DNA of 64,000 bases from Longimicrobiales bacterium (GCA_965116905.1 OZ220732.1:1-64000); one strand, 5' to 3'; positions 18,674 through 29,700 are shown, counted from the first letter of the stretch. The notes: generated by a model from the sequence alone, not told the origin. Numbers and translations are program-made.

Positions 18674-19888
18674 CTACTCGGGACTCCGGTCCAGCGGCCA
18701 GAGCTGCACGCGCTCCACATCGTTTTCGTCCGCCGCCATCCCGAGAACATAGTCCTCTCCGATCTCGAACACGTCGAGGCCGAGGGGCGTCTCGACGAAC
18801 CCCCGTACCCGGCCATCGCGATCGAAGACGGTCCAGACGTTGTCTTCCTCTCCGGGCAGCGGGTACTCCTGCACCCAGAGGTATCCCAGCGGGTCGGGCT
18901 CCAGCGCCTCGAAAGCCGGGTAAGACTCCACGGGCGCCATCCCGTCAAGCTCCCGAAAGAGCCGGGTCCGCCGCTCCTCGGGAAGGTCGGCGTAGCGGTC
19001 GGCGAGCCACTCGTCCAGTTCCGCCCGGGTCGGCGAGCGGAGCTCGTGGTCACGCCGGATGATCCTCGTCAGCGACCCGTCGCTCGAATACGCCCTCAGT
19101 TCGTAGCGGTCGTTGGGCGCAACCACCGCGACATCTCCCCATATGGTCGAGATCGTGCTCCGGCCGAAAGGATGAGGCCTCGCCATGGCGGCGGCCGGCG
19201 ACGAAAACCATTCTTCTCCTGGATGAGCGCCGAGCGACACCCGGAGTTCACCGTCGGGCAGCAGGAGGCCGAATTCCTCGTCCTTGCGAACGAGCGTTTC
19301 GGCGGCTCCGAACACACCACCGCTCAGCACGGTGCTTGGCTTCACCAGCAGGGTTCCGTCGGGCATAACGCCCAGGAACGACTGATAGCCATCGGCGAGG
19401 GTTACGGTTCGACCGTGGTTGCCGTCGGCATCGAAGATCTGAATCTGCCGGCGGAACATGTCGTCGCCGACAATCGAGTCACCGGGCCAACGGCTCGCCG
19501 TCTCGGGTGTGTAGGGGCCGAATTCGCCCGGACCCTCGCCCTGCCCGCCCCAGGTCGCCAGGTGGGCGCCGTCGGCCGAGAAGACGCGCAACTCGGAGCT
19601 ACCCGCGTTAGCCAGCACGATCCTGCCATCCGGGAGCCTAGTCGCGTCCAGCACGAGGAAGAGCATGTCCCCCTCGTCCCCTTCCAGGGTACCGATGGAC
19701 ACTGCCGGCACCTCGCCGACCCGCCAATCCAGCCGCGATCCCGTGACAGGCCGCGCGTTCTCGACGATCGTGACCCCGGCGCTGTCGCGGACCTCGGACC
19801 GGAGCTCCGGCCCGGAGTCGCCCCCCGTGTCACAGGCGGCAAACAGCACGACCAGCACTCCTGCCAAGCGGATTCGCGATTCTCTCAT
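18674..19888 (-). CDS. 6-bladed beta-propeller lipoprotein
   Basis: Lipobox FAAC; VRDSAGVTIVEN, WGGQGEGPGEF, GYLWV..., VFDRDGR. Confidence 0.85.
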   Translation of the reverse strand: MRESRIRLAGVLVVLFAACDTGGDSGPELRSEVRDSAGVTIVENARPVTGSRLDWRVGEVPAVSIGTLEGDEGDMLFLVLDATRLPDGRIVLANAGSSELRVFSADGAHLATWGGQGEGPGEFGPYTPETASRWPGDSIVGDDMFRRQIQIFDADGNHGRTVTLADGYQSFLGVMPDGTLLVKPSTVLSGGVFGAAETLVRKDEEFGLLLPDGELRVSLGAHPGEEWFSSPAAAMARPHPFGRSTISTIWGDVAVVAPNDRYELRAYSSDGSLTRIIRRDHELRSPTRAELDEWLADRYADLPEERRTRLFRELDGMAPVESYPAFEALEPDPLGYLWVQEYPLPGEEDNVWTVFDRDGRVRGFVETPLGLDVFEIGEDYVLGMAADENDVERVQLWPLDRSPE

Positions 19889-19923
19889 CGGTTCCCCGTT
19901 TTCCTCATCGGTTCCTCGTTTTC
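19884..19923. repeat. 2 x 20-bp tandem duplication of the RBS and start codon
   Basis: ctcatcggttccccgttttc / ctcatcggttcctcgttttc. Confidence 0.9.
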
Positions 19924-20093
19924 GTGGTGCAGCGAAGTGCTCGGCGGCACCTTCGACACGGGTTAGACACGCCGTCGCCACGAGCCAGTTGCTTGAGGCG
20001 TGTGCCTCCCGGGCGGGCAGGGCCGGGGGACGCGTCTGGCAACCTTTCAGGTGTACACCGAGTATCATTAGTGTGTCCGAGAGGTGTCGCGTA

Positions 20094-20801
20094 ATGAAGA
20101 AGGCATTCCTGTTCCTGCTGGCGCTCGCGCTCCCGCTCGGGGGGTGCAGCGGCCCCGAGCCTGGAGAGGAGGCCGTGGTGCTGGTCCACGGGCTGGGGCG
20201 CTCGCGCGCGTCGATGATGGTCCTGGCCCAGCGGCTCGAGTGGGCCGGTTATGGGGTCGTCACCGTGGGGTACAAGTCACTCAGTACTCCGTTCCACGAG
20301 ACGGTGGCAACCGTGCGGACGGCGGTCGAGCGGTGCTGCGCCGATTCGCCGCGGATTCACTTCGTCGGGCATTCGCTCGGTGGGCTGGTCATCCGCGGGT
20401 ACCTCGCCGAGACTCCGCCGGAACGGCTTGGCAGGGTGGTTTTGGTGGCGCCGCCGAACCAGGGCAGCCTCTTCGTCGATTGGCTGGGCGAGATTCCGGC
20501 TGCCACGGAAGTGCTGGGGCCGGTCGGGAGCGCGCTGGGGACCGACAGCACGCACATTCCCGCGACGCTGCCCCCGCCCGACTACGAGATGGGCATCATC
20601 GCCGGAAACCGCAGCATTCAGCCGATCGGCCACCTCGCGATCCCCGGCCCCGACGACGGGATCGTGAGTGTCGAGCAGACGAGGGTCGAGGGCGTGCCGG
20701 TGATCGTGCTGCCCCGGTCGCACGCGTTCATCACGAGCAGCCGGTACACCGCGGAGGCCGTGATCGAGTTCCTGCGGACGGGCGAATTCGGCGTCAGTTG
20801 A
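20094..20801 (+). CDS. Alpha/beta-hydrolase (lipase/esterase-like) lipoprotein
   Basis: Lipobox LGGC; VLVHGL oxyanion motif, GHSLGG nucleophile elbow, DGIV Asp, SHAF His. Confidence 0.9.
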   Translation: MKKAFLFLLALALPLGGCSGPEPGEEAVVLVHGLGRSRASMMVLAQRLEWAGYGVVTVGYKSLSTPFHETVATVRTAVERCCADSPRIHFVGHSLGGLVIRGYLAETPPERLGRVVLVAPPNQGSLFVDWLGEIPAATEVLGPVGSALGTDSTHIPATLPPPDYEMGIIAGNRSIQPIGHLAIPGPDDGIVSVEQTRVEGVPVIVLPRSHAFITSSRYTAEAVIEFLRTGEFGVS

Positions 20802-22032
20802 CCGTGGCGCCGGTGTCGATGCGCCAGATGTCCACGTAGTCGATCTCCAGGCTGTCCTGGCGGATCGTGACCATGTGATCGGGACCGAAAGCGGGCACGG
20901 ACGAGGCCTTCCACTCGCGCACGGGCAGGCTGGCCAGAAGTTGCCCCTCGGGATCGAACACCTCCCAGCGGTTTCCGGCCGTGCGCATGACTTCGACCCA
21001 GATTCTGCCGTCGGGTGCGACGAAAAACTCATTGATGAAAGGCTTGGCCACCGGACGTTCGGGACGGCGGGGCGTACAGGTCGCACGGGGCAATTCGTCC
21101 CGGAACGCTTCGAAATCCGCCGTGGCCAGACCCCATTCCTCGTCCGTGACCGGCTCCGAGGGCAATCGGCGCTCGATCACGCGCAGCGTGTCGGAGCCAC
21201 GGGTCACCGCAATGCTGTAGACATCGGTTTTCGCGGAGTACATAGAGGCACCCGGCCCCGGATGCGCGAGAAGCCTGGGACTGTAGATGATGTCGAAGCC
21301 CCTGGACCATCCGTCGTCCCATTCGCAGCGAACCCCGTGGTCCCACGGGGCTGCGGGAGGATGAAGGGTGTCGCCGGTCTCGCCCGCCGTGTTCTGGCCC
21401 ACGTAAACGAAACTCGAACCGGCGGCGTCTCCGATCATCGCCTCGGCATAGGCCTCGTCGTCCCCCACGGGATAGAGCCCGCCACGGCCTGAACCACCCC
21501 AATACCCGGTCGCCGGCCGTCGGCCGAGCACGTCACCTTCCGAAGAGAACTCGTTGATCCGGCCCCCGATCAGGTCGAGGGCCAACAGGCGGTCTCCGAC
21601 CCACGCCACCGATTCGATGGAGGCGAATTCTCCGGGGCCGTCCCCGTGCCGGCCAAACGTGCGGCGGTGGTCGCCATCGAGTCCAAAGACCCTTACCTCG
21701 GCGTTGTAGGCGTCGGAGATGTACACGGCTTCGTCAGGCCCCAGGGAAGCGCTTGACGCGACCCCGAATTCCTCCGGCCCGCCTTCGCCCACACCGAATC
21801 CGCGGGGGCCGATGGTGACCAGGCGAGTCAGGTCCCACTCCGGCGCAGTGCCGGTGTTCACAACCCGGACGACGCCGTTGATGGTGTCGATGGTGGTGGT
21901 CAGGTCGGAGGAGGAGGAGGGGGTCGAGTCCGGGGCACAACCGGCCGTCAGCGCCGTGGCGGCCAGCACCGCTGCCCGGATGAGCGTGCAGGCCGGGGCA
22001 GGCCAGGTCGGCTTCGATGGGTCGCGTTTCAC
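20794..22032 (-). CDS. 6-bladed beta-propeller lipoprotein (close paralog of 14617..15831)
   Basis: GTG start after GAGAGGAG; lipobox TAGC. Shares LTTT.DTI.GVV.V.N.GTAP, EVRVFGLDG.HRRTFGR and RTAGNRWE.FDP with the 14.6-kb gene. Confidence 0.85.
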   Translation of the reverse strand: MKRDPSKPTWPAPACTLIRAAVLAATALTAGCAPDSTPSSSSDLTTTIDTINGVVRVVNTGTAPEWDLTRLVTIGPRGFGVGEGGPEEFGVASSASLGPDEAVYISDAYNAEVRVFGLDGDHRRTFGRHGDGPGEFASIESVAWVGDRLLALDLIGGRINEFSSEGDVLGRRPATGYWGGSGRGGLYPVGDDEAYAEAMIGDAAGSSFVYVGQNTAGETGDTLHPPAAPWDHGVRCEWDDGWSRGFDIIYSPRLLAHPGPGASMYSAKTDVYSIAVTRGSDTLRVIERRLPSEPVTDEEWGLATADFEAFRDELPRATCTPRRPERPVAKPFINEFFVAPDGRIWVEVMRTAGNRWEVFDPEGQLLASLPVREWKASSVPAFGPDHMVTIRQDSLEIDYVDIWRIDTGATVN

Positions 22033-22074
22033 TGCGTGCTCCTCTCGATCGACAGGTCTGCCGCTCGATCCGCC

Positions 22075-22110
22075 AGACATGGTCTATCTGCGAGACATGG
22101 TCTATCTGCG
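22075..22110. repeat. 2 x 18-bp perfect tandem repeat within a probable propeller-gene 3' remnant
   Basis: agacatggtctatctgcg x2; the minus strand reads SQIDHV-SQIDHV-WRIER. Confidence 0.85.
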
Positions 22111-22158
22111 AGACACCCCCGGCACCCCGCGAGGTTGTACGATGGTGCGCTCCAGCCC

Positions 22159-23298
22159 CTATCCCCCCGCCTCCCTCCACTCGGCCAGCAGCTTCGCCTC
22201 GGTCGCCCGGTCGAGCCCGGTGCGCAACGGGTACTCGCCACCCGCCTCCCGGCTGCGATGCCATTCCAGCGTATCCTGCGCGATCACCGCCAGGGAGCGG
22301 AACGTGAGCCCGGCCGCGATCCCGCGGCCGCTGTCGATGCGGCCATAGTTGAGGTAGTGGCCGCTCGGCGGCTGCCAGAAGGGAAGCTGCCGCTGGGGCA
22401 TCTGGTCGCGCTCGGCAAGGAAATCCCAGTCGACCCAGGTGAAGGAGACGGGTGTGGCCGTGATGGCCCGGATTCCGTACACGAGTTCGGCGGAAGAAAG
22501 GGGTGCCCCAGGCCCGACGCTGTTGAAGATGCCCGCCGTCTGTTGCTCCAGCAGATGGATGTAGAACTCCGACAGATCGCGCACGTCGATGAACTGGACG
22601 GGGTCGGTCGGATCGCCCTGCACGAGGACCTCGCCGCCCGCGTCGATCCGGTCGGGCCAGTACGTGAAACGGTCGCTGCGGTCGCCGGGGCCGACGATCA
22701 CCGGGGGCCGCACGATGAGGGTGCGTGCGCCGAAACCCTCCTCCACGGCGCGCTCCGCAAGCACCTTGGCGGGGCCGTATGCGGTCCATTCGCTTTCGGG
22801 AAGGTCCCTGGGACCGATCGGCGCGTCCTCGTCCATGACGTCGGCGGTGAAGTCGGTGTACACCGCGCGCGTCGAGGTGAAGAGGTACTGGTCGGTGGCG
22901 CCCTCGAGCAGGTCGACGGAGAGGCCGACCTGGTGGGGCGTGTAGCCGGAGTTGTCGATGACGGCGTCCCAGCGCCGGCCTTCGAGCGCGGTGAGGTCGC
23001 TATTGCGGTCGCCGACGAGCTTCTCGACCTCGGGGAAGAGGTGGGTGTTGGTGCGGCCGCGGTTGAAGAGGGTGATCCGGTGGCCGCGGGCCAGCGCATG
23101 GCGCACGACGTGGGGGCCGATGAAGCCGGTGCCGCCCAGGATGAGGATGGTCATGCCCTGCTGGCGGGGCCGGTGCCGATCGCCCCCAAGGCCTCCGAAG
23201 CCTGGCCGGGCCGCCGGCGGCGGCGTGGATCCGAGGCCAAGTGCCGCGGCCCCTGCCGCGATGCCCGTGTGCCCAATGAACTCGCGCCGTGTCGTCAT
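22159..23298 (-). CDS. NAD-dependent epimerase/dehydratase (atypical SDR) with Tat signal
   Basis: MTTRREFI twin-arginine motif; ILGGTGFIG Rossmann motif; YGPAK; QFIDVRDL. Confidence 0.9.
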   Translation of the reverse strand: MTTRREFIGHTGIAAGAAALGLGSTPPPAARPGFGGLGGDRHRPRQQGMTILILGGTGFIGPHVVRHALARGHRITLFNRGRTNTHLFPEVEKLVGDRNSDLTALEGRRWDAVIDNSGYTPHQVGLSVDLLEGATDQYLFTSTRAVYTDFTADVMDEDAPIGPRDLPESEWTAYGPAKVLAERAVEEGFGARTLIVRPPVIVGPGDRSDRFTYWPDRIDAGGEVLVQGDPTDPVQFIDVRDLSEFYIHLLEQQTAGIFNSVGPGAPLSSAELVYGIRAITATPVSFTWVDWDFLAERDQMPQRQLPFWQPPSGHYLNYGRIDSGRGIAAGLTFRSLAVIAQDTLEWHRSREAGGEYPLRTGLDRATEAKLLAEWREAGG

Positions 23299-23463
23299 TC
23301 GTGAGTGCTCCTGGTTGGTTCGCGTGTTGGTGCTGTCCCGGTCGCTCTCTCGCACAATACTTCTGCAGGCCGGGGTCATGCACCTATTGTATGCATAGAC
23401 GACACCCGGGGGCAGGAACGACCACCGGCTCCCCGCGCAGACCCTCTGTTCCGGAGAACAACC

Positions 23464-26400
23464 GTGGACCGCACCGAACACCGTCGCTCATGCCCGGACC
23501 GTGCCCTGCCAGCCGCTGGCGCTACCCTGGCCGCCCTTGTCCTCGCGTCTGCCGTTGCCGAGGCCCTGCCCCTGTACGCCCAGAATGCCCCTTCCGACCC
23601 GATGGCGAAGGCCACCGCCGCGCTCGAGTTCCGCACGATCGGCCCCACGATCATGGGCGGTCGGGTCGCGGACCTGGCGGTTGTCGAGGACGATCCGCGG
23701 ATCTTCTACGTGGCGGTCGCCACGGGCGGCGTGTGGAAGACCGAGAACGCCGGGATCACGTTCACGCATGTGTTCAGGGACGAGGCGACAGCGTCCGTGG
23801 GCGACGTGACCGTGGCGCCGTCGAACCCGAATGTGGTCTGGGCCGGGACCGGCGAGCCCAACAACCGGCAGAGTTCGCCGTGGGGCAACGGCGTCTACCG
23901 CTCCACCGACGCCGGGCGCACATGGACGCATCTGGGACTGGAGAACACGCACACAATTGCGCGCATCCAGGTGCATCCGCGCGATCCCGACGTGGCGTAC
24001 GTGGCGGCGGTCGGCCATCTCTGGGGCCCGAACCCCGAGCGGGGGGTGTACCGGACCACCGACGGAGGGGAGACGTGGGAACACGTTCTCTCGGTCGATG
24101 ACGACACCGGCGCGACCGAACTGGTCATGGACCCCGGCGACCCGCGCACGCTATTTGCGGCGACGTACCAGCGTCGGCGGCGGGCTTGGGGGTTCAACGG
24201 CGGCGGCCCAGGGAGCGGCATCTACCGGACCACCGACGGCGGGGACAGCTGGACCGAGCTGACCGAGGGACTGCCCGAGGGCGACAAGGGGCGTATCGGG
24301 CTCGATATCTACCGCCGGGACGGCAACGTCGTGTTCGCGCTGGTCGAGGCGGACGCGCGCGCGCCGGGTCAGGGGTTCGGCGGCGGGGCCGGCAGCGACG
24401 CGAAGAACGGCGTTTACCGCTCGACCGACCGAGGCGACACGTGGGAGCACCTGAGCACCACCAACAACCGCCCCATGTACTACAGCCAGATTCGGGTCGA
24501 TCCGAACGACCCCGAGCGAATCTACCTGGGTGGCTCCAGCCTGTTTCGCTCGTCCGACGGCGGACGGAACTTCACCCCCGACGCGGCCGCCGGAGTCCAC
24601 CTCGACCACCACGCCCTGTGGATCGATCCCGCCGACTCCGACCACCTGATCCTCGCCGGCGACGGAGGCGTCTCGGTCAGCTGGGACCGCTCGGACAACT
24701 GGTATCAGCTGCGCAACCTCCCCATCGGTCAGTTCTACGAGATCGGGGTGGACATGCGCGATCCGTATCATGTCTGCGGCGGCTTGCAGGACAACGGATC
24801 GTGGTGCGCGCCCTCGGACACCTGGTCCAATCAGGGCATCCGCACGCGGGACTGGTACAACGTGGGATCGGGCGACGGCTTCTTCACGGTCATGCACCCC
24901 ACGAACCCCGACCTGATGTTCGCGGAGTCTCAGGGGGGGAACCTGATGCGCGTCGATCTCGGCACGGGAGAGCGGGCACGCATCCGTCCCCTGCCCCGCC
25001 CGACGGACGAGGAAGAGGAGCGCAGCCTGCGCTGGAACTGGGACACGCCCATGCTGCTATCGGCACATGACGACCAGGTCGTGTACGCGGGCGCGAACGT
25101 GCTGTTCCGTTCCACGGACCTGGGCCAGAGCTGGGAGGAGATCAGCGGCGACCTGACGCATGCGATCGACCGCGACACGCTCACCCTGATGGGCGTCGCG
25201 GGCGCGGAGCCCCAGATGTCGCGCAACGACGGCCAGTCCAACTACGGCAACCTGACCGCCATCGCGGAATCGCCGCTGGACTTTGCGGTGCTCTACACGG
25301 GGAGCGACGACGGGCGGCTGCATGTGACCCGCGACGGGGGCGCGACCTGGACGGACATCACCGGCAACGTGCCCGGGCTGCCGCCGTACACCTACGTGAC
25401 CCGCATCGTGGCGTCGCGACGCGCACAGGGCGAGGTCTTCGCGGCCTTCGACGGGCACCGCAGCGACGACTTCGAGCCGTACGTCTACGCCAGCTCGGAC
25501 TTCGGCGAGAGCTGGGAGCGCATCACCGACGGCCTGCCCGCCACCTCGTTGAACGCGCTCGCCCAGCACCCCCGCGCCCACAACCTCCTCTTCGCGGGCA
25601 GCGAGGTCGGGGTGCACTTCTCGATCGACCGGGGCGCGAGCTGGCACGACCTCAGGAACGGCCTCCCCACCGTGCCCGTCGACGACATCGTCGTGCACCC
25701 GCGTGAAAACGACCTCGTGATCGGCACCCACGGGCTCGGCATCTGGATCATGGACGACATCGCGCCGCTCGAGCACCTGAGCAGCGAGGTCATGGCTTCG
25801 GGCGCCCACCTCTACCCAGCGCGGCGCGCCACCTCCTACAACCTGTACACCCCGCAGGGCTGGACGCCCGGCATCTACGCGGCCCCCAATCCGCCCGCCG
25901 GGGCGCGGATCCGGTATCACCTCGGTGCGGACGGGGACAGCGTGACGATCGTGATCCGGGGCGGCGACGGCAGCACGGTCCGCGAGCTGAAGGGGCCAGG
26001 CGGGGCCGGCCTCAACGAGGTCGTCTGGAACCTCCGGCTGACCGCCGAGGGCGGGGACGGCGAGGCGATGGATCCGGGGCCGCGCGTGCTGCCCGGGAGC
26101 TACACCGTGGCGCTGACCGCGGGCGAAGCGACCCTGGAGACGCCCGTCGAGGTCAGGCTGGACCCGCGGGTCACCATTTCCCGCGCCGACCTGATGGCCC
26201 GCCATGCGGCGATGATGGATTCGTACCGTCTGTTCGGCCCGGTGAGCGACGCGCGGGACCGGATGGGCGAAATGCGCGAACAGCTGGAGCAGATCGACGA
26301 GCGCGTTGCTGCAGCCGCCGAGGCACCCGAAGCACTGACCGACGAGATCAAGGCCTTCCGCGAGGACCTGGAAGCGCTGCAGGACGAGATCGGCGGTGGC

Positions 26401-26658
26401 GGCTTCGGCGGGTTCGGGGGCGGTAGTGGTGCCGCGGCGGGTGCAACCGTATGGCGCACAATGGAGTCCGCGACCCACGCTCCGACCGCCGACCAGCTCT
26501 GGCAGATCGACCGTTCCTGGGAGGAGTTGCCCGCTGTCATCGAGCGCGTGAACGAGATGGTCACGGAGCGGCTGCCGGCGGTGCAGGCGCGGGTTTACGC
26601 AGAGGGCGTCCGGCCGGAGACGGGCGAGGCGGTGGAGATGCCGAGAAGGGGGGGGTAG
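23464..26658 (+). CDS. VPS10/sortilin-like BNR (Asp-box) repeat protein, putative glycosyl hydrolase
   Basis: More than 10 S/T.D.G.(T/S)W Asp-boxes, GGLQDNGSW, RWNWDTP; C-terminal Ig-like region and coiled coil; signal peptide; GGAG before GTG 23464. Confidence 0.88.
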   Translation: MDRTEHRRSCPDRALPAAGATLAALVLASAVAEALPLYAQNAPSDPMAKATAALEFRTIGPTIMGGRVADLAVVEDDPRIFYVAVATGGVWKTENAGITFTHVFRDEATASVGDVTVAPSNPNVVWAGTGEPNNRQSSPWGNGVYRSTDAGRTWTHLGLENTHTIARIQVHPRDPDVAYVAAVGHLWGPNPERGVYRTTDGGETWEHVLSVDDDTGATELVMDPGDPRTLFAATYQRRRRAWGFNGGGPGSGIYRTTDGGDSWTELTEGLPEGDKGRIGLDIYRRDGNVVFALVEADARAPGQGFGGGAGSDAKNGVYRSTDRGDTWEHLSTTNNRPMYYSQIRVDPNDPERIYLGGSSLFRSSDGGRNFTPDAAAGVHLDHHALWIDPADSDHLILAGDGGVSVSWDRSDNWYQLRNLPIGQFYEIGVDMRDPYHVCGGLQDNGSWCAPSDTWSNQGIRTRDWYNVGSGDGFFTVMHPTNPDLMFAESQGGNLMRVDLGTGERARIRPLPRPTDEEEERSLRWNWDTPMLLSAHDDQVVYAGANVLFRSTDLGQSWEEISGDLTHAIDRDTLTLMGVAGAEPQMSRNDGQSNYGNLTAIAESPLDFAVLYTGSDDGRLHVTRDGGATWTDITGNVPGLPPYTYVTRIVASRRAQGEVFAAFDGHRSDDFEPYVYASSDFGESWERITDGLPATSLNALAQHPRAHNLLFAGSEVGVHFSIDRGASWHDLRNGLPTVPVDDIVVHPRENDLVIGTHGLGIWIMDDIAPLEHLSSEVMASGAHLYPARRATSYNLYTPQGWTPGIYAAPNPPAGARIRYHLGADGDSVTIVIRGGDGSTVRELKGPGGAGLNEVVWNLRLTAEGGDGEAMDPGPRVLPGSYTVALTAGEATLETPVEVRLDPRVTISRADLMARHAAMMDSYRLFGPVSDARDRMGEMREQLEQIDERVAAAAEAPEALTDEIKAFREDLEALQDEIGGGGFGGFGGGSGAAAGATVWRTMESATHAPTADQLWQIDRSWEELPAVIERVNEMVTERLPAVQARVYAEGVRPETGEAVEMPRRGG

Positions 26659-26702
26659 GCTGGGATGCGGTGGCGCAGGCGCCCCCACTCGAAGGGTCGA
26701 TC

Positions 26703-29700
26703 CTACCATCCCGGCGGCAGCCACACCTCGTACCCGAACGAGCGGATGGTGGCCGCGGCCGATTCGGACATCGGGTATTCCCATTTTCGGAAAAACGCCA
26801 CCAGGTCGCGCTTGACGATTGCGCTGAATCGGATCGCGAAGCCGTCGAGCGAACCGCCGTATTCCGATCGCGGATAGGATGAATCGTAGTAGCTGTGGAA
26901 GACGGCCTTCATGGAGTCCCACCCGAACTCGCTGATGAGCTGACGGTACAAGGCCAGACGCTCGCAGTTGTCCGCAGAGGACCACCTCAGGCTGGCCAGC
27001 GCGGCAGGGTCCAACGGCGCGGCACAGCCGTGGCTCTTGCGCTCGGTGTAGACATTGAAGTCGCCGCCGTGGTAGATGTGGTCGTTCAGCGTGTACATCG
27101 TGAACAGGTTCACTCCGACTTCGGTGATCCCGTGCCCCCTCCAGTCGTCGGTCTGCCACTGGTGCCCGAGTTCGTGGCCGAAGATCCACCAATCGACGCC
27201 GTGCGCGCTCGGGGAATAGCCCGCGGATGGCGGATGGACGTGGGGCTGCGGTCCCAGATCGGGAAGCGTGGCGATGTACTCCCTGCCCTCTGCCGTGCCC
27301 GGCAGCAGCACCCAGGTTTCGCCGTGAAGCGGATAGTTGATCCGCACCGGTCCCGCGTTGGCGTAGCCGGCTCCGACCTGGGGATCGAAGATCCAAATGC
27401 TCTCATACGCCCGGCGCGGCCCTCCGGCAAGCTCTGCGTGGCGGCGTTGGAACCCGCCCCAGAAAGCCGCCACTTCACCCGGATCCGTGATGCCACGGGC
27501 CTTCTCCGCGGAGATCACGAATTGGATGCCGCCCCGCTGCTGGATGACGGCTTGCGGCGCCCCCGCGTCCAGAGCCGCAAACCACTCGGCCGGGTCCGAC
27601 TCACCGGCGGTGTACACGGCCACGGGGATGGCGCCCCGGACGGTGACCGGGATGGTGCCCGCGTAGTCGGCCGGGACGACGAGCGCGATCAAGCCGCCGT
27701 ACGCGTTCGTGACCCCGGTTTGCCTGGCCGCCAGCGGGAACTCGCGACGAAGCCACGGTGCCCGTCGCCAGACGGGGTGCGCCGAGTAGCTCCTACCCAG
27801 GTCGTCATGCAGTTGCCCCACCGCGATTCGCAGTTCTCCCGTGGCGTGGCTGGCCGGGACTTCGATCGTCACGAGCGCACCTGGAGGCGCGTAGAACCCG
27901 AGGGGCAGGTGGCGTTCGCCCCGGCGAGCATCGGGTGGGAACTCGCTCCGGGTAGCGTCCACGGTCACGGCGCCGTCGACGCGGCGCGCGCCTGCCGCGG
28001 GGAGGCCCGGGAACTCGGCCGCCCACGGATGCGGCTCAGGCCATTCGCGCGGGCCAAGCGTCTCGGCAACCTCTGCGGAGAGGCGGGCCTCGGGAATCGC
28101 GCTTGAGGTCGGCAGGCCGGGCGTCTCGCGCACCAGGCGGCCCATGGCTACGTCCAGTTCCTCCGTGCGACCGAGTTCGAGCGCCGTACGAAACAGGCCT
28201 GGCAACAGCATCATCCGGTCCGGCGCGACTCGGCCACCCCCGACGTACGTCTCCCAAAGTGAAGCGGGAGCCACGGCACCCACGTCGAAACGAGTGGTGG
28301 CGGACGCGATCTCGTCGATGGCATCGTGGTTCCAGGAGATGCCGGTGCCGCGCAGGAGCGCGTCGGCCGTGAAGGGACCGTGGTGCTGTTCGATCCACCA
28401 ACTCCAATGCTGGGCGGAGCCGGCGATGACCACTCCGCCGCCTCGCTCGACGAAAGCGCGGAGCGGCGCGACGAAGTCCTCGACCAGATACGCCGCGCCC
28501 CATTCATTGGTCTGAACCACGGCGACATCCGCGTCGGCCAGCGCGCTCACGCTCCAGTCGCGTACGTGCCCGCCCCTCCGACCGACCACGTCGACCCCGT
28601 TCAGCCCCTGCCCGCTGAGCGCATCGGCGATCCGCTGATTGTCCGCCAGAATCCGAAGTGGTGCGGGGCCCGCCTGCCATCCGACCCAACGCACAGCATT
28701 TGCCAGGAACCGGTCTGCGGCGGCCTTGCCGAGAAGTGTCGCCCGGTTCCCCGAGGAAAGGAAATCCTGCCCGGAATAGGCGACCACCCGGCCTCTGCCA
28801 CGTCGTGACCCGGCCACAAGCACGGAACGGCCCGTGCCGCCCTGGCCGAGGACCACCGGAAGTGCGTGGCCATCCAGGCCCAGCCGCAATGTGCCGACGG
28901 TGTTGGTGGAACCCTCGGTCCCACCCACGGTCAGGCCGGCGAACGGGCGTTCAGGCAACCCCGCCGTGAGCACGGCGTGCCGATCCGCGGGATCGTTCGA
29001 ATGCACCGTCACCACGGTCGAGCCTCGCTTGTCTCCCGAGGTCGCGGTGACCGTTGTCGCACCTACCCTGCCCGCGCGGCTGTGCCCGGTCGCATCGACA
29101 TACACGACCGTCGCGTCGCTGGACGACCAGGCGAACTCGATGGTGTCCGGCATCTCGTGCCCGCGGGCGTCGTGCGCACTCGCCACCAGATACGCCGTAT
29201 CTCCCACGACCATCGCCAGTGAGCGGGGCGACACGGATACGGCCGCAAGCGCCTGCTCTACCAGGATCCGTGCCGTGTCCGATACGGAGCCCGAGGTCGC
29301 CGTTACGGACGCCAGCCCGTTGGCCACCGCCGTCACAAGGCCCGTCTCGTCCACCATCGCGATCAACGTGTCGCTGGACGCCCACGAGAACCGCGCTCCG
29401 GACACAGCGCGCCCGTTCCCGTCCGCGGCCTCCCCGGCAAGACGTACCGTATCCCCGAGAGCCAGCAGCGTGTCGGCGGCGGGAGAGACCGTCACGGCGC
29501 GCACCCCCTGCTCCACCGTCACAGTCGCGCCTCCCGAGGCTGCGCCCGAGGTCGCCGTGACCGTGGCCACACCGTTGCTGGCCGCCGTCACGAGGCCCGT
29601 CGAGTCCACCATCGCGACCAACGTGTCGCTGGATGCCCACGACAACTCCGCCCCGGTCACGGCGTGCCCGTTCCCGTCCCTGGCCTCAGCACCCAGGCGC

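Noticed and set aside
19665..20093. N-terminal extension of the alpha/beta hydrolase ORF
   Set aside because: It overlaps the divergent propeller gene; MKK-type lipoprotein signal and GAGG RBS support ATG 20094.
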